A stretch of DNA of 64,000 nucleotides from Candidatus Didemnitutus sp. Its GTDB lineage: Bacteria > Verrucomicrobiota > Verrucomicrobiia > Opitutales > Opitutaceae. Shown here piece after piece: positions 39,715 to 49,762 of this stretch (positions are counted from its first letter, which is position 1; every line of letters begins with the position of its first letter). The stretch lies in NCBI GenBank assembly GCA_036499305.1, contig DASYDZ010000209.1, forward strand, positions 12 through 64,011. Reading direction: 5' to 3'. Below the pieces are notes generated by a model that ran no database searches, had not been told where the DNA came from, and saw nothing but the letters and a program-made list of their open reading frames with translations. The position numbers were made by a program, and so were the translations under genes.

Positions 39715-40059
39715 TCAGCCGCGCTTCTTCACCAAGCCGAGCTCGCGCTTGATGTTCTGCACGCTCGGCAGCGATATGCCGAGCTGCGCGGCAATCTGCT
39801 TGCCGGTCTTCTTGGCGCCGACCAGGGACTTGACCTTCTGCTTGGTCTCCGGGGTGATCTTCGCGCGCCGACGGCGACCGGGTTTGCCGCCGCCACCCTT
39901 CTCGGCCCGACGCAATTCCTTGATGAAGGCCGCCATGGAGGCAAAGCCGTGTTTTCCGGGCAGAGCGATGAGCTCGTGCCGCATGCCCTCGATTTCCTTG
40001 CGCAGAGCATCAACCTTCTGCTCGTAAGCCTGCAAGGCCCTTAGTTTTGATGTGACCAT
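39715..40059 (-). CDS. Small basic DNA-binding protein: coiled coil + linker + C-terminal HTH
   Basis: QAYEQKVDALRKEIE coiled coil; GKPGRRRRAK linker; KQIAAQLGISLPSVQNIKR HTH. Confidence 0.8.
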   Translation of the reverse strand: MVTSKLRALQAYEQKVDALRKEIEGMRHELIALPGKHGFASMAAFIKELRRAEKGGGGKPGRRRRAKITPETKQKVKSLVGAKKTGKQIAAQLGISLPSVQNIKRELGLVKKRG

Positions 40060-40106
40060 GTATATAAGGTGCTATCTTTTGGAGAGAGGACAAGCCTCTA
40101 TTCATT

Positions 40107-41417
40107 TCAGAAATCCTGCAGGCGGGCTTCCTGGCCACCCCGGCCGGGTTCAATCCTCTCCAATATTTCGCCGAGCAGATAGAGGGAGCCCGTTATCACA
40201 ACGATATCCCCGGGGGTGCCAATCGCGCAGTAGTCACTGGTGGGGAACACTTCGTCCACGGTGGATCGGCGCAGGCGGTCACGATATGCCGCCGGGGCCG
40301 CCTCCTCCAGTTGCGCGTAGGTACAGGCCCGGGCGGTGTGCGGGGGAACCAGATATATTTCCCGCGCATGCCGGCAGGCGACCTCGAGCAATGCCCGGGC
40401 GCGATATTCGCCGAGCGCGCCGGTCACCACGACCGGCGCCCGCCCCGTCTCCGCGACGAGCCGAGTGAGGTTCGCGTCGAGCACCGCGGCTCCCTCCAGG
40501 TTGTGCGAGGCGTCAAGTATGACCACGCGGTCGCCCACGCGGGTGCGTTGCCATCGTCCCGGCCACGAGACCTGCTGCAGTCCGCGGGCAACGATGTCGT
40601 CGGCCAGGCCGAAGCGCGCCGCCAGTATCCGTGAAGCCAGCACGGCAGTCGCGGCATTCCAGCGCTGGTATTCACCCTCCAGGTTGGTCTGCGGATACGA
40701 ATTGATGTCGTCGCCGAACGTGGCGCGCACGGAATGCACCGGCGCATTCCGGGCCGCCGCGATCTCCCGGACCGTGTGTTCCGCTTCCGCGGGCAGGCGT
40801 CCGATGATCACCGGCCTTCCCTCCTTGATGATGCCGGCCTTTTCCGCCGCGATCTGCGCGAGGCTGTCTCCGAGATACTCCATGTGGTCGAAGCCGATCG
40901 AGGTGATGATGGAGACCTCGGGTGTGACAATATTGGTCGCGTCGAGACGGCCGCCCATGCCGGTTTCGATGACGGCCGCCGCCACCCGGGCGCGCGCAAA
41001 CTTCAGGAAGGCCATCGCGGTCATGAACTCGAAAAAGGTCGGATGCTCGTCGGGCCCGTCGTCCGCGAGGCGCCGCGCGATCGGGGCCAGTTCGGAGACG
41101 AAGGCCACGATCTCCTCCTCGGCCAGGATGCGGCGGTCGACCTGGACGCGCTCCCCGAGTTTCACGAGGTGCGGCGAGGTATACATCCCGGTGCGATGAC
41201 CGGCCGCGCGCAGGATCGACTCCAGCATTGCGGCCACGGAACCCTTGCCGTTGGTGCCCGCCAGGTGGATCACCGGATACAGGCGTTCGGGGTGCCCGAT
41301 GGCCTCGGCCAGCCGGGCCATTCGTTCGACGCCGAAGCGAACCCCGGAGCTCTTGAGACCGACAAGGTGCTCGGCGACCGACGCGTAGTCGGCCAGCGAC
41401 GATGCGGGCAGCGGCAT
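40107..41417 (-). CDS. folC: Folylpolyglutamate synthase/dihydrofolate synthase
   Basis: HLAGTNGKGS, YTSPHL, ETGMGGRLDATN, WPGRW, LDASHN. Confidence 0.95.
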   Translation of the reverse strand: MPLPASSLADYASVAEHLVGLKSSGVRFGVERMARLAEAIGHPERLYPVIHLAGTNGKGSVAAMLESILRAAGHRTGMYTSPHLVKLGERVQVDRRILAEEEIVAFVSELAPIARRLADDGPDEHPTFFEFMTAMAFLKFARARVAAAVIETGMGGRLDATNIVTPEVSIITSIGFDHMEYLGDSLAQIAAEKAGIIKEGRPVIIGRLPAEAEHTVREIAAARNAPVHSVRATFGDDINSYPQTNLEGEYQRWNAATAVLASRILAARFGLADDIVARGLQQVSWPGRWQRTRVGDRVVILDASHNLEGAAVLDANLTRLVAETGRAPVVVTGALGEYRARALLEVACRHAREIYLVPPHTARACTYAQLEEAAPAAYRDRLRRSTVDEVFPTSDYCAIGTPGDIVVITGSLYLLGEILERIEPGRGGQEARLQDF

Positions 41418-41430
41418 GCGGCGACGGCGG

Positions 41431-42303
41431 CTATCCGACGGCGGCGGCCATCGCCTTCGCCTTCCGGCGTCCATGCAGTCCGGTGAGCAGCGCCCCGAGG
41501 CGGTCCCTCATCTCGAGGCGGCTGACAATCTGGTCGATCAGGCCGTGCTTGAGCAGAAACTCGGCGGTCTGGAAGCCCGGGGGCAGGGTTTGCTTCGTGG
41601 TCTCCTTGATCACGCGCGCACCGGCGAAACCGATCATCGCCCCGGGCTCGGCGAGGATGATGTCCCCCAGCGTCGCGAAGCTGGCGGTGACGCCGCCGGT
41701 GGTCGGATGAGTCAGGACGGAAATGTACGGCTGCCTGGCCTCGGACAACCGGCCGAGCGCCGCGCTCGTCTTGGCCATCTGCATGAGGCTGAAAATCCCC
41801 TCCTGCATCCGCGCGCCGCCGGACGAACTGACAACGATGCACGGAATCTTCCGTTCCCGGGCGCGTTCGATCGCGCGCGTGATCTTCTCCCCGACCGCCG
41901 CGCCCATCGCGCCGCCGCAGAAGCGGAAATCCATCACGGACAGCGAAACCGTGTGGCCGTGAATCTTGCCGACGCCGCAGATCACGGCCTCGGGCAATCC
42001 GCTTTCACTTTCGTAGCGTTTGAGGCGGTCCGGGTACTTCGCCGAGTCCACAAACTTCAGCGGGTCGGCCGATTTCACCCCGGCGTCGTGTTCCTCGAAA
42101 ACGCCGTCGTCGACCAGGGAGGTGATCCGCTGCCGGCAGCCAATCGGGAAATGATAGCCGCTCTTCGGCACCACCATCAGGTTCTGCTCCAGGTCCTTGT
42201 TGAACACGATCTCGTCCGAGATCGGGCACTTGGTCCAGAGTCCTTCCGGGATGTTCTTGCGCTTCCTGGGCGCCGACATCGGAGGTTTCGTAAAATGCGT
42301 CAT
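41431..42303 (-). CDS. accD: Acetyl-CoA carboxylase carboxyltransferase beta subunit
   Basis: LWTKCP, MDFRFCGGAMG, SGGARMQEG, PTTGGVTASFA. Confidence 0.97.
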   Translation of the reverse strand: MTHFTKPPMSAPRKRKNIPEGLWTKCPISDEIVFNKDLEQNLMVVPKSGYHFPIGCRQRITSLVDDGVFEEHDAGVKSADPLKFVDSAKYPDRLKRYESESGLPEAVICGVGKIHGHTVSLSVMDFRFCGGAMGAAVGEKITRAIERARERKIPCIVVSSSGGARMQEGIFSLMQMAKTSAALGRLSEARQPYISVLTHPTTGGVTASFATLGDIILAEPGAMIGFAGARVIKETTKQTLPPGFQTAEFLLKHGLIDQIVSRLEMRDRLGALLTGLHGRRKAKAMAAAVG

Positions 42304-42312
42304 GACGACAAC

Positions 42313-43050
42313 TTAACCGTGACCGAAGGTAAGGACGTCAACGTTCAATGCACCCGCACGCCGGAGAACAGCGGCGCAGGAATTGAACGTGGAGCCCGTG
42401 GTGAAAACGTCATCTACGATAAGATAGCGTGTGGGAGGACTAATGACCGTCCCGGGAGCCAACGCAAAGGCATTTTTGAGGTTCGCCTGCCGGGCTTCCC
42501 GATTGAAGGCGGTCTGCGACGCGGTGTCGGCGACACGAACGAGAACGGGGGCCCGATGGGTTTCCGCACTGGCCCTGGCGACGCAGTCGGCGAGCAGTTC
42601 ACTCTGATTGTAACCCCGCTCCCGCTGTTTGCGCGGATGCAGCGGCACCGGTACCAGCGCGGCTCCCCGCGCGAAGTCCGCATAGCCGGGGCAGGCCCGC
42701 ATGATGGCGACAATGTCCGCGAGCACATGCAGGCCGTGATGGTATTTCAGGACATGCACCAGTGACCTCGCCGGTCCGCGCAGCAGCACCGCCGTCCGGC
42801 CCTCGCCAAACACCGGCTCCAGCCTTTCGCAATGCGGACATCGCCGCCCGACATCCATCATGCCGGAAAACGGATGCCCGCAGGTCGTGCAGCAGGCGCC
42901 CGTGGCCCAGTGAATCCGCGCCTCACACGGCCTGCAGATGTTTTGATACATCCCCTCCTCCACCGCACTGCTGCAGTGCACGCAGCTCCGGGGATACAGC
43001 AGCGTTGCCGCCGCCCGTCCCAGGATCCGCATCGTGTTCCCCGCTCCCAT
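42313..43050 (-). CDS. ComF-family phosphoribosyltransferase-like protein
   Basis: Two Cys clusters; VPVPLH, RGYNQS, IVDDVFTTGST. Confidence 0.92.
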   Translation of the reverse strand: MGAGNTMRILGRAAATLLYPRSCVHCSSAVEEGMYQNICRPCEARIHWATGACCTTCGHPFSGMMDVGRRCPHCERLEPVFGEGRTAVLLRGPARSLVHVLKYHHGLHVLADIVAIMRACPGYADFARGAALVPVPLHPRKQRERGYNQSELLADCVARASAETHRAPVLVRVADTASQTAFNREARQANLKNAFALAPGTVISPPTRYLIVDDVFTTGSTFNSCAAVLRRAGALNVDVLTFGHG

Positions 43051-43081
43051 TTCGGTCGGCGCGCGATTTCGCCGTCTTCCG

Positions 43082-43837
43082 TCAATAGATCACCCGCACG
43101 AGAAATAATCCTTCCGGCGGCGCGGTTTGGACTTCGGGAATTCGCCGGCCCGTGCGAAGCAGCTCCGCGATGTCACAGGAATCGAGTTTGCCCGAACCGA
43201 CGGCGACGAGGGCACCGGTGAGGCCGCGGGCCATCTTGAACAAAAATCCGTCGGCCTCCAGGGTCAGCCGAATCCGTCGTCCCGAGCGATGGAGCACGAG
43301 GCGTTTGAGCGTGCGAATGGTCGACTCCCGGCGGGTGCCGTTTTCTGCCGAAAAGGCCCAGAAGTCATGGGTGCCCCGTAGGAGCTCCGCGGCCGCTTGC
43401 ATGCGATCCCAGTCCAGTGGCGCCCGGACCGACCAGCTAAAAGGCGCGGTAAAGGGGTCCGCGTCGCCGCACACGATCTGGTAGCGATAGATTTTCCCGC
43501 GGGCCGAAAAGCGGGCGTGAAAGGTCGCCGGCGCCCGGCGCAGCGACTTCAGTTGAATGGAACGGGGCAATCCCGCCTGCAGCGCGAGGCGCAGTTTGTC
43601 CGCTCCATGGCTCCAGGGCGCGTCGAAATGGAAGACCTGGCCGAGGGCATGGACACCGGAATCGGTCCGTCCGCTGCCATGGACGCGCAGTGGCTGATGC
43701 ACGACCTTCGCGAGCTGGCGTTCGATCACGTCCTGGATCGCGTTCCCGGTGGGCTGGCTCTGCCACCCATGGAATGGCGTGCCGTCATAGGCGCACACGA
43801 CCTTCCATCGAGTGGAAGCCGGCACCGTCCCGGTCAT
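43082..43837 (-). CDS. truA: tRNA pseudouridine(38-40) synthase
   Basis: YDGTPFHGWQ, GSGRTDSGVHA, FHARFSA, GFLFKMAR. Confidence 0.96.
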   Translation of the reverse strand: MTGTVPASTRWKVVCAYDGTPFHGWQSQPTGNAIQDVIERQLAKVVHQPLRVHGSGRTDSGVHALGQVFHFDAPWSHGADKLRLALQAGLPRSIQLKSLRRAPATFHARFSARGKIYRYQIVCGDADPFTAPFSWSVRAPLDWDRMQAAAELLRGTHDFWAFSAENGTRRESTIRTLKRLVLHRSGRRIRLTLEADGFLFKMARGLTGALVAVGSGKLDSCDIAELLRTGRRIPEVQTAPPEGLFLVRVIY

Positions 43838-43925
43838 GGCCGGCGGGACTCCGCGGTGGATCGGTTCGTGGTCACCATGACCATCGTTTCAAGGCCGCGC
43901 GGCCGGCAAATGGCCAGCGCGAAAT

Positions 43926-44339
43926 CTACGCCGTTGACCGATGGTCGAGAAAATCCTGCAGGATCAGGCATGCCGCGCGCGAATCGACGAGCCCGCTGCT
44001 CCGCACCGCGCGCCGCGATTTTCGAGCAATCGATTCCTCCGCCGCATGACTGGTGAGCGTCTCGTCGACGAGATGCACGGGCAGGCCAAAATCCGCCTTG
44101 AGACCGGCGACAAAGGCATCCACTTCGCGCGCCTTGAAGCCGACCGTGCCGTCCATGTTGAACGGATAACCGACGACGAGGTCGGTGACGCGCCGCTGCC
44201 GGATCAATTCACCGATCCGCTCCCGGCGTTTCCCGGGTGGAACGCCGATCAGGGCCGGCAGCGGCATGGCCACCCCGACCTCGTCACCATGACTCAGCCC
44301 GATCCGCTTTGTGCCGTAATCGATGCCGAGGCACCGCAT
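43926..44339 (-). CDS. ruvX: Holliday junction resolvase-like/pre-16S rRNA nuclease RuvX (YqgF)
   Basis: LGIDYGTKRIG, VVGYP, DETLTS, VDSRAACLILQ. Confidence 0.93.
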   Translation of the reverse strand: MRCLGIDYGTKRIGLSHGDEVGVAMPLPALIGVPPGKRRERIGELIRQRRVTDLVVGYPFNMDGTVGFKAREVDAFVAGLKADFGLPVHLVDETLTSHAAEESIARKSRRAVRSSGLVDSRAACLILQDFLDHRSTA

Positions 44340-44341
44340 GG

Positions 44342-45427
44342 TCAGAGAAATTCGGCTTTGCCAGGGTCGGCCCGCAGACGCTCGAGCAGTTTCTTGATCT
44401 CCTGCGCGCGGGCGCGCGGAACGACCAGCGTTGCGTCCGGGGTATGCACGACGATCAGGTCGCTCGCGCCCACGACAGCCGTCAGGTGGCCGTCCTCCGA
44501 CACGACGATGTTTCCCGTGCCGCCTTCGACGAGGCCGCTGCCCCGGATCACATTGCCTCCGGCATCCTTGGGAAAATGATTGGCGACGGCCGGCCACGCG
44601 CCCACGTCGTCCCAGTCAAAGGTGGCGGGCAACACCACGACGTTCGGAGATTTCTCCATCAGCGCGTAGTCGACCGAAATTTTCGGCAATCGCGGATGCA
44701 CTTCGCGCAAGGCGTCATCCCACGACCCCTGGGCGACGGCACGTTCGAGGTCCGCGAGTCCGGCATTCAATTCCGGCGCGTGGCGAGCGAAGGCCTCGGC
44801 CACCACCGGCACCCGCCACACGAACATGCCCGCGTTCCAAAAATAGTCGCCGGACGCGAGATAACCCGTGGCCGTGGCGAGATTGGGCTTTTCAACAAAA
44901 CGCCGCACCCGGAACAAGGTCCGGCCGTCGAACTGCTTCCAGGTCGCGCCGCGCTGGATGTAGCCGAATCCAGTTTCCGGTCCGGAGGGCTGGATGCCGA
45001 GCGTCACCATGACGTCATCCGATTCGGCGGCCGCAAAGGCGGAGGCGAGCACCGAGTTGTACTCCGCGGTGTTGTGGATGACGTGGTCGGCCGGCAGCAT
45101 CGCGAACGCGGCCAGAGGATTCAGGCGCTTGATCAGAAGCATCGCGACCCCGGTGGCCGCCGCGGTGTCGCGTCCTTCGTGCTCGGCGACAATGTTGCCC
45201 GGCGGGAGACCCGGGCAGGCCGCGCGACAGCCGTCGAACTGGGCCCGCGTCGTGATCACGCAGATGTTTTCGCGCGGGACGCTGCGCGCCACGCGCTCGA
45301 CCGTCTGCGCCAGCATCGACGTTTCGCCGACGATCGGCAGGAGATGTTTCGGGCGGTTGCGCCGGCTTTGCGGCCAGAAGCGCTCTCCGCTTCCGCCGGC
45401 CATGATCACGATGAATCTATCCCCCAT
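44342..45427 (-). CDS. manC: Mannose-1-phosphate guanylyltransferase
   Basis: MAGGSGERFWPQSR, PKHLL, PADH, WNAGMF, SVDYA, WDDVG. Confidence 0.93.
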   Translation of the reverse strand: MGDRFIVIMAGGSGERFWPQSRRNRPKHLLPIVGETSMLAQTVERVARSVPRENICVITTRAQFDGCRAACPGLPPGNIVAEHEGRDTAAATGVAMLLIKRLNPLAAFAMLPADHVIHNTAEYNSVLASAFAAAESDDVMVTLGIQPSGPETGFGYIQRGATWKQFDGRTLFRVRRFVEKPNLATATGYLASGDYFWNAGMFVWRVPVVAEAFARHAPELNAGLADLERAVAQGSWDDALREVHPRLPKISVDYALMEKSPNVVVLPATFDWDDVGAWPAVANHFPKDAGGNVIRGSGLVEGGTGNIVVSEDGHLTAVVGASDLIVVHTPDATLVVPRARAQEIKKLLERLRADPGKAEFL

Positions 45428-45513
45428 TCCTTTACACCAATGGCCGCGCGACCAGCGTCAACGGCGAAACGGGGAGTTGCCAAAAGGGCGGACCGGAGAC
45501 AACCGTTCCGCCA

Positions 45514-45834
45514 ATGGATTTGCCGCTGGAAATCGACGTCGCCACCGCCGCCCGCATGATGTCCGAGGGCGCGGCGCTGGTGGATGTGCGCGAGCCGTGG
45601 GAACTGGCGATCAGCCAGATTTCCGGATGCATCGCGATTCCCATGCGCGAAATCCCGGCGCAGGCCGATTCGCTGCCGCAGGGGATTCCCCTCCTGATCC
45701 TCTGCCAGGCCGGTGTCCGCAGCCGGCATGTCGCCGCCTACCTGCGCTCCCGCGGCCGCCAGGATGTTACGAATGTGGCCGGTGGCATCCAGGCCTGGGC
45801 CGAACAGATCGATCATTCCCTGACAAAATACTGA
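45514..45834 (+). CDS. Single-domain rhodanese (sulfurtransferase)
   Basis: LVDVREPWE, active loop LCQAGVRS, VAGGIQAW. Confidence 0.92.
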   Translation: MDLPLEIDVATAARMMSEGAALVDVREPWELAISQISGCIAIPMREIPAQADSLPQGIPLLILCQAGVRSRHVAAYLRSRGRQDVTNVAGGIQAWAEQIDHSLTKY

Positions 45835-45859
45835 CGTCTCCGCGCCTTCGCGGCCCCGC

Positions 45860-46117
45860 ATGTCTCCGCGCCTTCACTTGTCATCGGTTGCTGTCGTGGC
45901 GGCCGCTTTCCTCGGCTTGGGCTCGGGCTGCCAGGAGCCGGTGAAACAGGTCGACGGGCATGACGTCACGGCGACGAAGCACGTGAACGGCAAGACGGTC
46001 AATTTCATCAAGGATGACGAGAGCGCCCGCCAGGAGACGGTCGAGCAGGCCAAGGACCTGAAGAAAACCGCTGACCAGGTTCAGTTTACGCCGGACGAAC
46101 AGGCGGCGCACAAATAG
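45860..46117 (+). CDS. Hypothetical small lipoprotein
   Basis: Hydrophobic N-terminus ending GSGC (lipobox-like); codon pattern fits the genome. Confidence 0.6.
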   Translation: MSPRLHLSSVAVVAAAFLGLGSGCQEPVKQVDGHDVTATKHVNGKTVNFIKDDESARQETVEQAKDLKKTADQVQFTPDEQAAHK

Positions 46118-46178
46118 TGCGCGGCGCTTGACTCCCGTCGGGGGTCTGCGTCACAAATGACCCTTCATCCAATCATCT

Positions 46179-46277
46179 ATGGGCAAGCAATACAACAAGG
46201 TCATCAAGAAGAAGCGGCGGGTGGCACTGAAGAAGCGCCGCAAGGCCAAGGTCAACGCCGCCCGCAAGAAGAAGTAG
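46179..46277 (+). CDS. 32-aa Lys/Arg-rich small protein (not in ORF track)
   Basis: ATG...TAG gives MGKQYNKVIKKKRRVALKKRRKAKVNAARKKK; AAG/GC3-biased codons as in neighbouring genes; fills the gap before rimO. Confidence 0.75.
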   Translation: MGKQYNKVIKKKRRVALKKRRKAKVNAARKKK

Positions 46278-46334
46278 TCGGCGCGCACGTCCGTCATTTT
46301 CATGCGCCTGCCCTCGCGCAGGCGCGTTTCGTTT

Positions 46335-47750
46335 ATGTCGATCAAGGTCAGCCTTATTTCGCTCGGATGCGCCAAGAATCTCGTCGATAGCGAGATCATG
46401 ATCGGCCACCTGCACCAGGCCGGCATGACGGTCATCCCCGAGGCCGAGAAGGCCGACGTGGTCATCGTCAATACGTGCTCGTTCATCGATTCTTCGAAGG
46501 AGGAGTCGATCAGCCACATCCTCGAGGCGCACCAGGGCCGGGGGATGCGCAAACGCCGGCGGGACCAGAAGCTCATCGTCGCCGGGTGCATGTCGCAGCG
46601 GTTTTCGAAGGACCTGCCCGGCGCCCTGCCCGAGGTCGATGCGTTCATCGGCCTCGACCAGGTGACCAAGGTGGCGCCTATCATCGCCGGCCTCTTCGCC
46701 CGCGAGCGGGGGCGCAATGATCCGCCGGTGTCCTTCATCGAGGGCCGGTCGACGTTCATCCCCGATTACGACACGCCGAGATTCCGGCTCACGCCGAGGC
46801 ATTTTGCGTACATCAAGATCGCCGAGGGCTGCAATCATCCGTGCACGTTCTGCATCATTCCCCGGATCCGCGGCCGGCATCGGAGCCGCACGGTCGAGAG
46901 CGTCGTGGCCGAGGCGCGCCAGCTCGTTCGCGAGGGCGTGCGCGAGATCAACCTGATTTCCCAGGACACGACCTTTTTCGGCATGGACACGTGGGAACAG
47001 CGGCCCAGCCCGCGTTCGCCCGTCGACTCCACCCGCGGCACGGCGCTGACCACCCTGCTCCGCGAACTCAATGCCATCGAGGGCGATTTCTGGGTCCGTC
47101 TGCTGTACACGCATCCGGCCCACTGGAGCGACGAGTTGATCCGGACGATAGCGGAGTGCCCCAAGGTGGCGCGCTACATCGACATTCCGCTGCAGCACAT
47201 CAGCGACCGGATGCTCGGCCTGATGCAGCGCGAGACCTCCGGCGCCTACATCCGCGACCTTCTGCATCGCATTCGCGCGGGCATCCCTGGCATCGCAATC
47301 CGCACCACTTTCATTGTCGGGTTTCCCGGTGAAACCGAGGCCGATGTCGATGAGCTGGCCACGTTCATCCAGGAGACCCGTTTCGAGCGGCTCGGCATAT
47401 TCCGCTATTCGCAGGAGGAAGGAACCCGCGCGGGAAAGATGGCCGACCAGATTCCAGCCAAGGTGAAGGAGACCCGCTGGCACCGGCTGATGGCGCTCCA
47501 GCAGTCGATCGCGCGCGATGTGTCGCGCTCGCGCGTGGGCGACACGCTCAGGGTTCTCGTGGAGGAGCCGGGCGTGGCCCGTGGCGAGGCGGATGCCCCG
47601 GATATCGACGGACGCATCTATGTCTCCCGCGACCTGCCGGTGGGCGAATTTGCCGAGGCCAGGATATCGTCGTTCCACGACTACGACCTGCTGTCCCTTC
47701 CCGTCGGCGAGGAGCCCGTGGTCTACAAGGTCGCCAAACAGGCCCAGTGA
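46335..47750 (+). CDS. rimO: Ribosomal protein S12 methylthiotransferase
   Basis: SLGCAKNLVDSE, NTCSF, radical SAM CNHPCTFC, C-terminal TRAM with APDIDG. Confidence 0.96.
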   Translation: MSIKVSLISLGCAKNLVDSEIMIGHLHQAGMTVIPEAEKADVVIVNTCSFIDSSKEESISHILEAHQGRGMRKRRRDQKLIVAGCMSQRFSKDLPGALPEVDAFIGLDQVTKVAPIIAGLFARERGRNDPPVSFIEGRSTFIPDYDTPRFRLTPRHFAYIKIAEGCNHPCTFCIIPRIRGRHRSRTVESVVAEARQLVREGVREINLISQDTTFFGMDTWEQRPSPRSPVDSTRGTALTTLLRELNAIEGDFWVRLLYTHPAHWSDELIRTIAECPKVARYIDIPLQHISDRMLGLMQRETSGAYIRDLLHRIRAGIPGIAIRTTFIVGFPGETEADVDELATFIQETRFERLGIFRYSQEEGTRAGKMADQIPAKVKETRWHRLMALQQSIARDVSRSRVGDTLRVLVEEPGVARGEADAPDIDGRIYVSRDLPVGEFAEARISSFHDYDLLSLPVGEEPVVYKVAKQAQ

Positions 47751-47751
47751 C

Positions 47752-48285
47752 ATGGGTCAACCGCTCACGGCGAACGTCATCGCCGCCGCGACGCTGGCAA
47801 TCGCCGGCCTGTTGATCGGTTGCAGCCCGCGCGATCCGGACCCGTTGACCTGGCAGGTCGAGGCCGGTTCACCGGAAAAGCTCACCGCTTGGTGCGACGA
47901 AAATCTGAAGCTGATGCCAGGCCCGTTGCGACGGGAATTCACCATGGCCTTCAACAACATCGTGGCCAAGACCCCGGACTGGCAGGCTAGGTCCAGCGGC
48001 CAGGTCAACAACCCCGTCTGCCTGCACCTCGACCGGCGCTCCGTACGCGACGTCGTCATTGAGGGTCTTCAGCTCACGCGCGATGAAATCGGCCTGCACC
48101 TGGACATGATGGAGCACAACGATCTGACCCTGCTGCAGGCATTGGGAAAAGGAACGGATCGCGAGGAGGATCTGCTGGAGAAGCGGGAACAGCAGTATCG
48201 CAGCCTGGTCGACGAGATCAGGAAGCAGCGCGATTCGGTCCAGAAACGAATCGACGAATTGATGGCCGCGCCGGCGAAGACGTGA
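47752..48285 (+). CDS. Hypothetical lipoprotein with C-terminal coiled coil
   Basis: Signal ending LIGC; heptad-like C-terminus. Confidence 0.65.
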   Translation: MGQPLTANVIAAATLAIAGLLIGCSPRDPDPLTWQVEAGSPEKLTAWCDENLKLMPGPLRREFTMAFNNIVAKTPDWQARSSGQVNNPVCLHLDRRSVRDVVIEGLQLTRDEIGLHLDMMEHNDLTLLQALGKGTDREEDLLEKREQQYRSLVDEIRKQRDSVQKRIDELMAAPAKT

Positions 48286-48301
48286 GTCGCCCGGCCGGAG
48301 G

Positions 48302-49762
48302 CTATCGGCTGGCGGCCACAAACGCCGGGATGATGCCGTCGAACGACCCGTTGGTGAAGAACACCACCAGGGCCGGCCGCTCCGTTTCGTCGCGGACTCC
48401 CTGCTTCAACTGTTCCAGCAGTTCCGCATTCGTCGGGGCGGAGTGAGCGGTCACACCCTGGGTTTCGAGGTGCTGCGCCACCGCCTCCGCATCGAACCGC
48501 TCGCTCTCCTTCAACGGCTGCGCACGGTCGATCGCCCCGAGGTAAACCTCGTCGGCCTGCGCGAGTGCCCGCATGAATCCCGCCTGCATGACCTTCGTGC
48601 GCGAGGTGTTGCTGCGGGGCTCGAATGCCGCGTGGATGGCGTGATCCGGATAGCGCGCGCGGAACGAAAGCAGTGTTTCCGCGAGCGCTGTCGGATGGTG
48701 CCCGAAATCCTCCACCACCTTCAGGCGCGGCGTATCGACCAGCAGCTCCTGCCGTCGTTTCACTCCGCGGAATCGAGCCAGCGGCGCCAGTTTGATCGCG
48801 TTCGATCCGCCCTCGAGCATCGCGCGGCCGACCTCGTCGGGCGAAACCTCCCGGGGAAGCACCGCCAGTTGCGCGGCGAGCGCGGCCATGGCGGCGTTTC
48901 GGGCGTTGTAGAGTCCGGGTTGCGCCCACGTGACCCGGGTCCACGGCCGGCCGCGCCACGAAAGGTCGAAGCTGGCCGTGCGCGCATCCTCGCCAAACTG
49001 GCTGAGCCGAAGATCATTTCCCTCGCCGGTGCCGACGCGCAGGACGCGGGTCCAGGGCATCGCCCCGAGCGCGCGCAGGTTGCTGTCGTCGCCGTTCATC
49101 ACGATCCAGCCCTGACGCGGCACGATGCGGGTCAGGTGCAAAAAGGTCCGCTGCACGTCCTGCAGGTCGCGAAAGATGTCCGCGTGGTCGAACTCGAGAT
49201 TGTTCAGGACGGCGATCGACGGCAGATAATGGATGAACTTGCTCCGCTTGTCGAAAAACGCGCTGTCGTATTCATCCCCCTCGATCACGAACGGATCGGC
49301 GACCGCCCCGAGATGACTGCCGGTGGGAGGATCCTGCGGCACACCGCCGATCAGGAAGCCCGGATCGCGTCCGTTTTCCCGCAGCAGGAACGCCGCCAGC
49401 GCGGTCGTGGTGGTCTTGCCATGGGTGCCGCAGACGACGAGGTTGCGGCGACCGGCGAGGATGCGGCGCGAAAGATACTCCGGCAGCGATTCGAACGGCA
49501 ACGATCGGGCATCGAGCAGCCATTCGACCTCGGGATTGCCCCGGGACATCGCATTGCCGATGACGACCAGGTCGGGTTTGATCCGCTCGAGTCGCACCGG
49601 ATCGTAGCCCTCGTGCAGCTCGACGCCGGCGGCCGCGAGGACCGTGCTCATCGGCGGATAGACACCCAGGTCGGCTCCCAACACCTCGTCGCCCGCCGCC
49701 CGTGCCAGCAGCGCGGCGTTCCCCATCGCCGTTCCGCATATTCCCATGAAGTAGACGCGCAT
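48302..49762 (-). CDS. mpl: Murein peptide ligase (Mpl/MurC family)
   Basis: GICGTAMG, GTHGKTTT, EGDEYDSAFFDKRSKF, EDFGHHPTA, FEPRSNT. Confidence 0.93.
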   Translation of the reverse strand: MRVYFMGICGTAMGNAALLARAAGDEVLGADLGVYPPMSTVLAAAGVELHEGYDPVRLERIKPDLVVIGNAMSRGNPEVEWLLDARSLPFESLPEYLSRRILAGRRNLVVCGTHGKTTTTALAAFLLRENGRDPGFLIGGVPQDPPTGSHLGAVADPFVIEGDEYDSAFFDKRSKFIHYLPSIAVLNNLEFDHADIFRDLQDVQRTFLHLTRIVPRQGWIVMNGDDSNLRALGAMPWTRVLRVGTGEGNDLRLSQFGEDARTASFDLSWRGRPWTRVTWAQPGLYNARNAAMAALAAQLAVLPREVSPDEVGRAMLEGGSNAIKLAPLARFRGVKRRQELLVDTPRLKVVEDFGHHPTALAETLLSFRARYPDHAIHAAFEPRSNTSRTKVMQAGFMRALAQADEVYLGAIDRAQPLKESERFDAEAVAQHLETQGVTAHSAPTNAELLEQLKQGVRDETERPALVVFFTNGSFDGIIPAFVAASR

